Assembly (NCBI GenBank): GCA_963793305.1 | Contig: CAWBZV010000005.1 | Span: 1,280,001-1,344,000 of the forward strand | Direction of reading: 5' to 3' | DNA length: 64,000 nucleotides | DNA from: an uncultured Gemmatimonadales bacterium | GTDB taxonomy: Bacteria > Gemmatimonadota > Gemmatimonadetes > Gemmatimonadales > Gemmatimonadaceae | Part shown: piece after piece, positions 51,964 to 61,402 of the stretch | How the letters are laid out: each line of letters opens with the position of its first letter | Numbering within the stretch: the stretch's first letter is position 1 | Notes under the pieces: model-generated | Seen by the model: only the letters and a program-made list of their open reading frames with translations | Databases searched by the model: none | What the model was told of the DNA's origin: nothing | Made by a program: the position numbers and the translations under genes

Positions 51964-53394
51964 CTAAAAGAGGTTCCAAAGAAACTGATTATAGACCTCG
52001 TGGTGATACTGCACCTCGGGTCCCTTGACGAATGTGCCGAGCAGCCGTGGGCAACGATCGGCGGAGGCCTGCTTGAGATCAGCGAAGCGGGCCTTCACGT
52101 CTTCGCCAAGCAGCTTGGCGGTCCATGGCGCCTTCCGGAAATTCTCGATCGCATCGTAGATGTTGTCTGGCAAGTATCGCTCGGCCTGCCGGATATTGGC
52201 GATCTTCGCCGTCTCGCCATCGAGCCCGGTCTTGAAGACCGACAGCATCACCATGTACGGATTCGCATCCGGCGCGACGGAGCGCACCTCGACTCTCGCG
52301 CTCTTCTCATTGCCGATGGGAATGCGCACCATCGATCCCCGATCCGTCGGCGACGCTTTGATCTGATTCGGCGCTTCAAAATGGGGATCGAGCCGCCGAT
52401 ACGCGTTCACGCTCGGATTCAAGGCCAGGCACACATCGTTCGCATGCGTCAGGATGCGATCGATGAACGACCACGCCATGGCGCTCATGCGCTCTTCGCC
52501 CTTCGGATCCCAAAACAGATTCTTGTTGTCCTTCGAGATCGACACGTTCGTATGCATGCCGTTGCCATTGACGCCCACCACGGGCTTCGGTAAGAACGAT
52601 GCCGTGAACCCCAGATTCGTCGCCACCTGCCGACAGATCAACTTGTAGAGCTGAATCTGATCGGCCGCGGCGACGACCTCGCCATACCCGTAGTTGATCT
52701 CGAACTGAGAGGGAGCGACCTCGGGATGGTCCTTCTCGTTCTGGAATCCCATCGCCCGCTGCACTTCCGCGGACGTATCGATGAACGTGCGCAGCGCATC
52801 ACCCGGCAACGAGGAGTAGTAGCCCCCCGTGCTCACGTATTCGAATCGATTCGTGTTGTAAAACTGGCGTTCGGCATCAACGCCCTTGAAGAGAAAGCCT
52901 TCAATCTCGTTCGCGGCGTTGAGGGTGTACCCTTGCTTGTCGAACAACGACTGGGCGTAACCCTTGAGCGCGCCGCGAATGTCGGCGGCATACGGCGAGC
53001 CGTCCTTGTCGATCACCTCGCCGAACACCAGCACTTTCCCCGAGCCGAAGAAGTCAGCCGGCGCCCAGTAGAACGCGCTCCAGTCCATGGTGAGCCGCAG
53101 GTCGCTCTCCCGCTGGGCCGTGAAGCCGCGGATCGACGACCCGTCGAACGTGAGATTGTCCCAGCTCTTGACGAGGAACTTCTTGTCATAGTCGAGCATG
53201 TGCAGCCGACCTTCGAGGTCGCTGAACAGCACCGTCACGGCCTTGATGCGCTTCTCGTCGGTCAGGTACTTGATCCGCTGCTCTTGAATCTTGTCCGGGG
53301 CGACACGATTTCGACGCTGCTCCTTCGCCTGCAGATTCAGCTGTTCCAGCTCGTCGTACGAAAGGGCCAAGAAGTTGCGCAGTTCCGCCGCCAT
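51964..53394 (-). CDS. glnA: Glutamine synthetase family protein
   Basis: FDGSSIRGF, EIEGFLF, HPEVAPSQFEI, PKP...NGNGMHTN, NAYRRL, RVEVRS..PDANPY. Confidence 0.9.
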   Translation of the reverse strand: MAAELRNFLALSYDELEQLNLQAKEQRRNRVAPDKIQEQRIKYLTDEKRIKAVTVLFSDLEGRLHMLDYDKKFLVKSWDNLTFDGSSIRGFTAQRESDLRLTMDWSAFYWAPADFFGSGKVLVFGEVIDKDGSPYAADIRGALKGYAQSLFDKQGYTLNAANEIEGFLFKGVDAERQFYNTNRFEYVSTGGYYSSLPGDALRTFIDTSAEVQRAMGFQNEKDHPEVAPSQFEINYGYGEVVAAADQIQLYKLICRQVATNLGFTASFLPKPVVGVNGNGMHTNVSISKDNKNLFWDPKGEERMSAMAWSFIDRILTHANDVCLALNPSVNAYRRLDPHFEAPNQIKASPTDRGSMVRIPIGNEKSARVEVRSVAPDANPYMVMLSVFKTGLDGETAKIANIRQAERYLPDNIYDAIENFRKAPWTAKLLGEDVKARFADLKQASADRCPRLLGTFVKGPEVQYHHEVYNQFLWNLF

Positions 53395-53449
53395 GTCGCT
53401 CCCTCGACTGAGATGAGTCCGCCGCCCTGAACGTAGTAATATTGCCGAG

Positions 53450-53839
53450 ATGAACTCCTCGATCCAGCGCGCCAGCGTGCTCGTCGTCGACGACGAAGAA
53501 GTCGTTTGCCACGCACTTGATGTGTTGCTGCATCGGGCCGGATACGAGGTGATCACGGCCCGTACCGGCAGTGCGGCAAAGGAGATCCTGGCGATTCGTG
53601 GCGTCGATTGTCTGATCATCGACTATCGACTGCCGGATGTCCGTGGCGATGTCGTCTTCGCCTTCGCCATCGCCCACCAGCCGCATCTGGCACGCGCGAC
53701 TGTTTTTATTACGGGCGACATTACGGACCGCGCGAGGGATTCCATCGAGGACACCGGGTGCCCGATGGTGCTCAAACCGTTCGACGCAGCGGTGTTGCTG
53801 GATCGAGTCGCCGAGCAGCTAGCTGGCAGCCGGCGTTAG
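53450..53839 (+). CDS. Single-domain response regulator
   Basis: VLVVDDE, DYRLPD, FITGD, LKPF. Confidence 0.9.
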   Translation: MNSSIQRASVLVVDDEEVVCHALDVLLHRAGYEVITARTGSAAKEILAIRGVDCLIIDYRLPDVRGDVVFAFAIAHQPHLARATVFITGDITDRARDSIEDTGCPMVLKPFDAAVLLDRVAEQLAGSRR

Positions 53840-53854
53840 GGATATCGTTCGGCC

Positions 53855-54593
53855 ATGACTCCATTAGGTCGATTTGTGTGGTATGACCTCCAGGTCCCCG
53901 ATCCGGCCGTCGCCATCGGGTTCTACACGAAGCTGTTCGGCTGGGGCACCGCCCCGTTCGGCGATACGTACACGATGTGGACCCTCGATGGCTTGCCCAT
54001 GGGTGGCGTGATGAAGGAGCCCGGGGTACCGCCGAACTGGCTCGCGTATGTGGCGACCCCCAATGTCGACGCCACCGCCGCGGATATCACCCGGCTCGGT
54101 GGGCGGCTGATCGTTCCGCCCACGGACATCCCGACCGTCGGCCGGTTCTCGGTGTTTATGGACCCGCAGGGGCCGGCGATCGCGGCGTTCACGGCCCAGA
54201 ACGAGTTCCCGGGGCACGAAGGCGAGCCCCACGTGAACGAGTTCGGGTGGCACGAGCTCGCCACCGGCGACTACGAGCTGGCGTTCAATTTCTACCACAC
54301 GCTCTTCGGCTGGGACCGCGGCGTCTCGGCGCCCATGGGCGAGCCGTACGGCAACTACCAAATGTTCGGCCGGAGCGGCGTGCAGCTCGGCGGCATGTAC
54401 AACAAGCCGGAGTCGATGCCAGCGCCGTTCCACTGGGTGCACTATGTCTTCGTGAAGGACGTTCGACCAGATCGCCTCGCGCGTGCCGCCGCTCGGTGGC
54501 CAGGTGATCTATGGGCCGACCGACGTGCCGGGCGGCCCGCGCATCGCGATGTTCATTGACCCGCAAGGTGCGATGTTCGCGGTATATGCGTGA
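53855..54593 (+). CDS. VOC/glyoxalase family two-domain protein (about 245 aa after removing a +1 base at 54458-54464)
   Basis: FVWYDL...FY.KLFGW repeated twice; the corrected tail KDVDQIASRVPPLGGQVIYGPTDVPGGPRIAMFIDPQGAMFAVYA mirrors domain 1. Confidence 0.9.
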
Positions 54594-54836
54594 CTAGCGG
54601 CGCCAGCTGATCGCGCTCAGCTCGGCAGGCGATACGCGGTACCAGTCTGGTGGGTAATTCCACACCCGCCGAATTGCGTGCGCGGAGGAGAAAATGAGGC
54701 ACCGTCCTCCGCGCGCGCCGGGGATCGTCGAGGCATCGACTTCTGAGACTTCCCATTCGGTCCCGGTCTCATCCATGAACTCCCGAGCCAGCCTCGGCTC
54801 GGTCGACCTTCGAATGGGCACCTCACGGTCTCGCAT
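54594..54836 (-). CDS. Small hypothetical protein (80 aa)
   Basis: GGAG RBS then ATG 54836; REFMDETGTEWEVSEV...CLIFSS...RRVWNYPPDW...ELSAI. Confidence 0.7.
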   Translation of the reverse strand: MRDREVPIRRSTEPRLAREFMDETGTEWEVSEVDASTIPGARGGRCLIFSSAHAIRRVWNYPPDWYRVSPAELSAISWRR

Positions 54837-54885
54837 AACTCCGCGCAGCGCAGCAAACTCCGCGCCGCCACTCGATTGGAACCTG

Positions 54886-55695
54886 ATGTTGACGTACCTC
54901 GTGCCTCGCTGCACGCCGAGCGTAGAAACTGTCTCAGGCATAACCTATTCCCGCACCTTGCAAGTCGGCCGCGGCCGCGGCTGGCTCTCTGTGTATGCGC
55001 AGGGCGAAGCCCGCGCGCTCACAGTCGAGCTATCGCGATCGCTCCAAGGTCAGCGCGATGCCGCTCGAGAGCGTGTGAGCCGGTTGCTAGGCGTCGACGT
55101 CGATGTGCGTGGCATCAATCGAGCGCTCTCAGCCGATCCACTATTGGCGCCGCTGGTTCAACGTCACCCCGGCCTGCGCGTAGCAGGCGCGGTGGATCGC
55201 TTCGAGCTGGCACTGCGGGCGGTTCTGGGCCAACAAGTGAGCGTCGCAGCGGCCTCAACGTTCTCAGGCCGGTTGGCCACGCTCCTCGGCGATCCTCTCC
55301 AAGACGCCCCTCTGGGCCTAACGCGATTGAGCGTGACGGCCGAGCAGATCGCCGACTCTCGTCCGAGCACGATCGCACGGATCGGTCTTACCCGCGCTCG
55401 TGCCGCAACCGCGGTAGCGCTTGCCAAGGCAGTGATGGATGGCCTCCTAGCCGACGACTCCGACCCCGAGTCGCAGATCGCCGCTCTAAAGGAAGTCCCT
55501 GGAATCGGCGATTGGACCGCCTCCTACATCGCGCTGCGCGCGCTCCGTTGGCCCAATGCCTTCCCGCACGGCGACCTCGGCCTGCGCAAAGCCGCGGGCA
55601 ACCTGACCGCGCGCGAGCTACTCGCGGTCGCCGAACGCTGGCGCCCATATCGCGCCTACGCGGCGATGCATCTTTGGGCGAGCCTGCATGCCTGA
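54886..55695 (+). CDS. alkA: DNA-3-methyladenine glycosylase II, possibly 5'-truncated
   Basis: FELALRAVLGQQVSVAAA, HhH PGIGDWTA, FPHGDLGL, WRPYRAYA. AlkA-like sequence (PPLDW) begins upstream of the first usable ATG. Confidence 0.85.
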   Translation: MLTYLVPRCTPSVETVSGITYSRTLQVGRGRGWLSVYAQGEARALTVELSRSLQGQRDAARERVSRLLGVDVDVRGINRALSADPLLAPLVQRHPGLRVAGAVDRFELALRAVLGQQVSVAAASTFSGRLATLLGDPLQDAPLGLTRLSVTAEQIADSRPSTIARIGLTRARAATAVALAKAVMDGLLADDSDPESQIAALKEVPGIGDWTASYIALRALRWPNAFPHGDLGLRKAAGNLTARELLAVAERWRPYRAYAAMHLWASLHA

Positions 55696-56428
55696 CTACT
55701 TCTCGGCCCAAGCGGCGACCTACGCCGCGTTTCGCCCCACCTATCCCCGCGAGCTCTTCGCGTTCGTCGCCGAGATCGCCCCACGCCGCGACTTGGTGTG
55801 GGACTGCGCCACTGGCAGCGGCCAAGCAGCGCTGGCGCTGGTCGACGATTTCGCGCGCGTCATCGCGACCGACTCGTCCGCGAAGCAACTCGCGCACGCG
55901 CCCCCGCACGAACGCATCGAGTATCGCGTCGCCCCGGCCGAGAACAGTGGCCTTCCAGCCGCCTGCGCAAACGCGATCACGGTCGCGCAGGCGTTGCATT
56001 GGTTCGATCTCGATCGCTTCTACGCCGAGGCGCGCCGCGTACTGTCACCGCGTGGCGTGTTGGTCATTTGGTCTTATAACGATGCAGTGCTCGACGACGC
56101 AGCGCTCGATGCCGAGTTGCAGCGCTACAACGCGACGACAGTGGGCCCATACTGGCCGCCGGAACGCCAGATCGTGCGCGACGGATACACCACGGTGCCA
56201 TTCCCATTCGCCCGTCTCGAAGCACCCCCGTTCACGCTGACGCGCGATTGGACGCTCGCCGAGCTAGCCGGGTACCTGAGAAGCTGGTCAGCGACCGCGC
56301 GTTACGTATCCGAGCACGGGACAGACCCGGTCGTGGAATTCGAGCGCTCGGTCTTAGCGGACCGCTGGGGCGATCCGACGCGCCCGCACAGGGTGAGTTG
56401 GCCTGTGGTCGTTCTAGCTGGACGCTGA
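55688..56428 (+). CDS. Class I SAM-dependent methyltransferase
   Basis: YAAFRPTYP, WDCATGSGQ, VAQALHWFD, YLRSWSA. Confidence 0.92.
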   Translation: MPDYFSAQAATYAAFRPTYPRELFAFVAEIAPRRDLVWDCATGSGQAALALVDDFARVIATDSSAKQLAHAPPHERIEYRVAPAENSGLPAACANAITVAQALHWFDLDRFYAEARRVLSPRGVLVIWSYNDAVLDDAALDAELQRYNATTVGPYWPPERQIVRDGYTTVPFPFARLEAPPFTLTRDWTLAELAGYLRSWSATARYVSEHGTDPVVEFERSVLADRWGDPTRPHRVSWPVVVLAGR

Positions 56429-56458
56429 TAGGAGTCGGCTGGACGCTGATAGGAGCCG
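56417..56458 (+). repeat. 21-bp tandem duplication
   Basis: GCTGGACGCTGATAGGAGTCG / GCTGGACGCTGATAGGAGCCG (1 mismatch). Confidence 0.9.
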
Positions 56459-56522
56459 GACGACATATCGGCGTAGGCGATCTGCTTTTCGAACATCGTC
56501 CGGAGCCGATATGTCGTCCGGC
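56455..56522. repeat. 18-bp perfect inverted repeat, 32-nt spacer
   Basis: GCCGGACGACATATCGGC (56455-56472) / GCCGATATGTCGTCCGGC (56505-56522). Confidence 0.9.
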
Positions 56523-56601
56523 GACGGGGCGCGCAGGGGCCGCTGACGGAGCCTCCTACGTACGGGGTTGTGCGTCAGTTACAAAACCGTTACTGTGACC
56601 C

Positions 56602-56931
56602 ATGCTGCTACCGAGGGCAAAATCTTTCGTATGCGACGGCGTCCAATGGCTTGCGTGGCCATCGGCAGCGCCGGATACCCCCCGGGAGGGTTGCGAAGAG
56701 CCGCTCTCCCTCGGGCCGCCGAGGATTTTCTTCCGGTCAGTGTCGGGCGACTTCCGCAGCCGCGCTTACGCGAAGGCCTCCTGGGAGGCGTTGGCGCGGT
56801 TGAGTGACGAGGAGCTTTGCGAGGAGCTCCGACTCGCGGGCACGTCCGGCGACGCGGGAGAGGTCCACGTCACGAACACGCCCGAGCCATCATCGACCAT
56901 GACGCGATCCTCGCGTCGAATGATGCGATAG
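56602..56931 (+). CDS. Small hypothetical protein
   Basis: SFVCDGVQWLAW...IFFRS...RSRAY...LSDEELCEEL; pattern resembles 54594-54836. Overlaps the convergent ORF. Confidence 0.5.
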   Translation: MLLPRAKSFVCDGVQWLAWPSAAPDTPREGCEEPLSLGPPRIFFRSVSGDFRSRAYAKASWEALARLSDEELCEELRLAGTSGDAGEVHVTNTPEPSSTMTRSSRRMMR

Positions 56932-57503
56932 TAGCTCGGGAACAGTCCGTGTTGCTCGACGCTCTCCACGAACTCGATCGTGACGGTGTACGCGCGCGCG
57001 ACCATGTGGACGGGGGTTCCCGCCTTCAAGTCCATCCAGACGCCGACGCGGATATCCCACCGCTCGTCGGGCCGATCCGCGATCGGCGGACGCGGCGGCG
57101 AGATCCGCTCCTGATCGCTCGCGAAGTCGACCAGGTCCCGTAACTCCCGCCGGCGCCGCGTCGCCGCGTTCGAAAACGGCGCGCGCAGCACCGCGGGCTT
57201 GGATGGCGGAATCTCCCCCCGCTGGAGTGCCTCCACGAGCGCCCTCACGTCCGGGTGCCGCCTGAGATCAATCAGCGTCGACGCACCGGGCGCCGTGAGC
57301 CGCGGCAAGAGGCTCCGCTTCGTGCGCCGCACGATGGTCGGGGCCAGGCACTGGGCGCAGACCACCAGGTCTCCGCTTCTCAGTCCCCGCGTGCCCACAT
57401 TGTGGTTCGAGTCGAGAGCCGTCCGCGACTGACAGAACGGGCAGCGAAGAGTCGCGGTTGGCGCCGCGGGCGAGGGCAGCGTGGCGAGTTGGTCGTCAGA
57501 CAC
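56766..57503 (-). CDS. Hypothetical protein with putative Zn-ribbon
   Basis: CPFC...CAQC pair near the N-terminus; start GTG 57503 is uncertain. Confidence 0.55.
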   Translation of the reverse strand: MSDDQLATLPSPAAPTATLRCPFCQSRTALDSNHNVGTRGLRSGDLVVCAQCLAPTIVRRTKRSLLPRLTAPGASTLIDLRRHPDVRALVEALQRGEIPPSKPAVLRAPFSNAATRRRRELRDLVDFASDQERISPPRPPIADRPDERWDIRVGVWMDLKAGTPVHMVARAYTVTIEFVESVEQHGLFPSYYRIIRREDRVMVDDGSGVFVTWTSPASPDVPASRSSSQSSSSLNRANASQEAFA

Positions 57504-57653
57504 GGCGGAAGGGGGCCAGATTGCGGCACGCACGCGCGCGGCACGGATAACCCTCGGACCGCGGAAACAGGCGCATGCGCTACCCGCTACACATTATGTC
57601 AAAAGGCTTGCGAGTAAAGAGGGGAGCCGGTTATTCCGTATTGGTCCAAACCG

Positions 57654-57737
57654 GCCGGGATGGCGAAATCGGTAGACGCGAGGGACTTAAAATCCCTTGG
57701 GGGTAACCCCATGCGGGTTCGATTCCCGCTCCCGGCA
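57654..57737 (+). tRNA. tRNA-Leu (anticodon TAA)
   Basis: GCCGGGA acceptor pairs with TCCCGGC; AGGGA-CTTAAAA-TCCCT anticodon arm; long variable arm GGGG-TAA-CCCC; GGTTCGATT T-loop; CCA not encoded. Confidence 0.96.
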
Positions 57738-58126
57738 TGATGCGCCGCAACGACTTACACGCTCTCGCTCGAGATCGCGCTACGCACTTTCCCTCTCACT
57801 TTCCCCTGTGCGGCGAGAGCCGCGCGCTTTCGACGTCTTCGCGTCGTCGCCGTGCGGCGGCTCGTCGCGTCGCTTCTGATCGTCCTCGCGTCGTGGCGCG
57901 TCGCCGGTGCTTACGAGCTTGAACGTACGAGCGCCGCGCTTCGCTCGCCTCGTGCTCGCTGGGGCCGGCTAGCCAGGGCTCGGCTGCCGTGGCGGGATTT
58001 TGGGCCCATCATCGGGTGCAGCCGTTACACGTGCGTTACCGCAACAGATGAGGTTATGAGTTTCCTGGAGGGAGGGGTCGTCCCCGTGGGAACGCCAAAC
58101 TTTTGAAGAGAGGTGCGATCGAAACG

Positions 58127-58495
58127 ATGTCTATCGTCAGATTTAGTTCGCCAGGGTCGGGGGGCTTGGGCGTAGCGCGAGAAGGACTGGTGTTCACTGT
58201 CATTCCCCCGCGATCGATGGAGTCCGTGAACCTTTGGATCAACGCAGCAGTCGGCATGCCGGATGTCGAAGTGAAGGTTTCCCCCGGCATCGAGGTGAGT
58301 GACGCGCTCGCCCAAAGCACCACCGAGGAGACCGTCAGCATCAGCCTTAAAGTGGGCGAGGAGAACAAGCAGCGCATTACCGCGCCGAATGGTGCGTTCG
58401 ATGTCGCGCTCTTGAACGTTAGTAAGCGGCGCGAGGGCCAAAATGCGTTTGACACATACGAGTACGAGGTGCAAGTGGAGAAGGTGAAGGAGTAG
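58127..58495 (+). CDS. Hypothetical protein (122 aa, beta-rich)
   Basis: GAGAGG upstream of the start; protein-like composition; no motif. Confidence 0.6.
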   Translation: MSIVRFSSPGSGGLGVAREGLVFTVIPPRSMESVNLWINAAVGMPDVEVKVSPGIEVSDALAQSTTEETVSISLKVGEENKQRITAPNGAFDVALLNVSKRREGQNAFDTYEYEVQVEKVKE

Positions 58496-58549
58496 CCTCC
58501 CTGTCGCGGCGCGAACGTGTGGCCAGCCAATGGGGATGCGGCCCATCGG

Positions 58550-59487
58550 CTAACCGCCGCGTCGCTCGCTCGTTTCGTCCGCGCCCTCGACCTTCAACGT
58601 GTCGCCCTCGACCCTCAGCGTGTCGGTAGTCCAGAGGTGCATCACCTTTGCCTCTGACGGTGCCTCTCGCTTATGAGACAGGATGCGCACGCCATCTTTG
58701 ATGGTGAGCGAAGCTTGGTGAAAGGGCGCGCTGGGCAAAGGAATCCGTACATCCTTGCCGTCGTCTTTCACGAGCAGCGCGCCGGCGAGTTGGATGCTGT
58801 GCATGGAGGCCACGCCCTTTGCGAACGAGTCCGAGACCTCGGCACCTTGGCTGTTCTGTCGACCGCGAGCCGCGACGAGCAGGTCCTGCGTCTCTTCCTC
58901 TCCGCGCAGCGGCAACTGGAATAGAATCGATCGCGGGTTCAGGAACGTCACCTTGGCCTTTGAAGGTCGGGGTGATGGGCGGCATCAGCACGCCGTCGAA
59001 CCACCAGTTATCGACCGCGACGCCCCAGAGCGCGAGCTCACGATTAGTCCAGTGAAGCCGAAGCTCGAACGTCGATCATCGCGCGCGCCCGGCTGCTCGC
59101 CGTCGCGTCAGCTCGTAGTGTCGATAGCTCGCCCTTCGCGGGGTCCCCCGCCTTAGCAAGTTCTTCCAACTTCGCGACGAGGTCGTCGTACTGACGGTTC
59201 GCGGCGTCTAACTTAGCGCTGAGTGATTTGTTATTGGCATCGGCGGCGGCGATCTTTTCGTCCCGCGCGCGCACCTCGGCCGTGCGCCGAGCCAGCGCGA
59301 TCGACACGTACACGAGCGAAACAGACACGAGCAGCAACGGCACCGAGCCGACGAAGTGTAGGAGTCGGCCGACGAATCCCTGGACGTCGGTGGGCGACGC
59401 GAACATCGCGACGATCGCCGCCGCCGACCCGAGACCGCCGAGGACCGTGAGAGCGCCTCGACGGATCTTGCTCCAGTCGATTCGCAT
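58550..59487 (-). CDS. Hypothetical 2-TM + coiled-coil + globular protein (about 311 aa after removing +1 bases at 59067-59073 and 58943-58949)
   Basis: Three track ORFs join at two GACGTC error sites: ...AMID-VELRLHWTNRELALWGVAVDNWWFDGVLMPPITPTFKGQGD-VLNPRSILFQL... Confidence 0.65.
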
Positions 59488-60245
59488 CGTAAGAACCGTG
59501 GCTGCGCTACCATCGCGTTCGCCGTCATGTCTTGGTCGCGCTGCTTCTAGTTCGTGTCCCATCTGCGGCTGGGAGAAATAGTCCGAGGTACTCACTAGAC
59601 GCTTCTCTTAGAATGTGGGCGATTTATCAATCCTGCGCAAAGGTGGGTACCCGCCACCATGCGCGAAGAGCGCGGCGTAGCGAGCGGATTATCGACAATT
59701 CCGTCCTCCACGAGCGGAAAAGGTGCTACGTGCGCGCACCACTCCTGCCACGTCACCGCAACACCTGGGGTGGTTATGATCGCGCGCACGAGTAACGCGC
59801 GCGTGTAACATGCTCGCGTGTGACCTGCGCGCCAAAAGTTGTCATCCAAGCGCACGATTAAGCGCGAGCAACATCGCTCGACTCGGCGATGACGGTCGTC
59901 GTGCACGTCCAAAACCCGTCTTCCTCGACCATGCTAGCGCGCTCACGTACGAACAACGCGCTCCCGCGCACGTCAGCAGAACGGCCTGTCACTGTTGCGA
60001 GTGCTCTCGATGTGGCAAGTACCGTCTGCCACGCGAGTCGGTTAGTTCTACGTCGCGCCCCCAATACTTGGCGCGCGCCGCGATTACTAACCGTGCGCGT
60101 TTTAAACGGTCGCGCGCGCTATTTCCGGGGTGCCGCCGCGCTCGTGCGGCGTTTACGGCTCTATCCCTGGCAGGGGGGCGAGGTGATGACCGGACTGATC
60201 CTGACCGCGATATTTCCAGCGGACCTACATCAAGGTTGTGATGCT

Positions 60246-60956
60246 ATGCCGAGAAAGTTCGACAACGTATTTGTTCTTCCGGACGGGCGGTCGGTGCGCG
60301 TAACGGGAGAATTTCCGGACAACGAATGGCAGGCGCTCGTTCGGTTCGTGAGCCGCGCGGACAGGCTCCGCGAAAGTCCGCTCGTTCAGGAAGATATGCG
60401 CCAGATCTCCGAGCTCTTGATCGCCATTCCATCCGGCGAGGGGTTGACGACGCGCGAGCTAGAGCGGCTCCCCCTCAACGATCTCGCGATGAGCCTGCGG
60501 CCGTTCGTCTTAGACAATGACGCGACGTTCTTCTTCAAGATACTGAACTATCTCTCGCACCGGATCGAGGACGATGACGTGCGCGAGTGGTTCAAGCGGC
60601 TCAGGCGTGAATTCCAAGGTTTGGAGCTACAAAAGGACTTCGAGGTAATGTGCGGCAGCGTGAACGTGACCTCGTACGAGTTCCTCAAGCAATGGCTCAC
60701 CGCGAAGGTCTACCACGTGGCACCCGACCTAGAGGACGAGGTGGACAAGACGCTGGCCGCCGTTGATCCGCAGGTCATGCGCCACTGCATGGGCCTTATG
60801 ATGGGGTTGATAGCTGCCTGCGTGTCGTTCGTATACGATCTGATCTTGGCGTTGCGCGACGGCACGCCCGTGACCATTTGGAGAGGACCGATCGGTCAAG
60901 CGACGATCGAGTGGACGCCGGATGCCCCGCCGCCCGCCCGTACGTCTCAGACGTAA
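60246..60956 (+). CDS. Hypothetical helical protein (236 aa)
   Basis: The coding-like portion starts at MPRKFDNVF; LRPFVL...FFKILNYL and WLTAKVYH segments. Confidence 0.65.
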   Translation: MPRKFDNVFVLPDGRSVRVTGEFPDNEWQALVRFVSRADRLRESPLVQEDMRQISELLIAIPSGEGLTTRELERLPLNDLAMSLRPFVLDNDATFFFKILNYLSHRIEDDDVREWFKRLRREFQGLELQKDFEVMCGSVNVTSYEFLKQWLTAKVYHVAPDLEDEVDKTLAAVDPQVMRHCMGLMMGLIAACVSFVYDLILALRDGTPVTIWRGPIGQATIEWTPDAPPPARTSQT

Positions 60957-61262
60957 ATGCGGGAGAGCTGGCGGGCCGCCGCCCGGGTCACAGGCGACGC
61001 GCTCGCGCCGGAGACCAGCTTGAATCCGCCGGAGCCGGATCACCGCGTTCCGTAAGCTTGCCGTCGCGAGCGTGACGACGCGGCTCGCGGCGACGGTGAT
61101 CGTGATCTCCGCGCTGGCGTCGTTGTCGAGCGGCGTGTAGACGCTCAGGTATTCGACTCCGGAATCTCAGAGCGACTACTCCGCGGAGCCGTATTGGCTG
61201 ACCTGATATGCGAGTGTCGCGGCGGTCCAGGTGCTGGGCATCACGATGGTGAACGCGACACG
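60947..61262 (-). pseudogene. Decayed small phage-like gene
   Basis: Reads IVMPSTWTAATLAYQVS..(stop)..(stop)..EITITVAASRVVTL then, after a shift, FKLVSGASASPVTRAAARQL. The resemblance to small phage proteins is from memory only. Confidence 0.4.
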
Positions 61263-61402
61263 ACCGTCGGCGCTTTGTTTACGACGGCCTGTTTCTGCAT
61301 GGCAGTAAGGCAGGGCAACTGCGAACCCTTGTTGACCACGCTATCCATCGACTACTAGTGATCAAGCAAAACGACGAGATCTCTGCCGAGTTCTAATTCT
61401 GG

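Noticed and set aside
56417..56522. CRISPR array
   Set aside because: Only two adjacent repeat units with no spacers and no cas genes.
57790..57960. Integrase remnant next to the tRNA
   Set aside because: Only low-complexity CGCGTCG-rich sequence; no catalytic R-H-R-Y motifs are recognisable.
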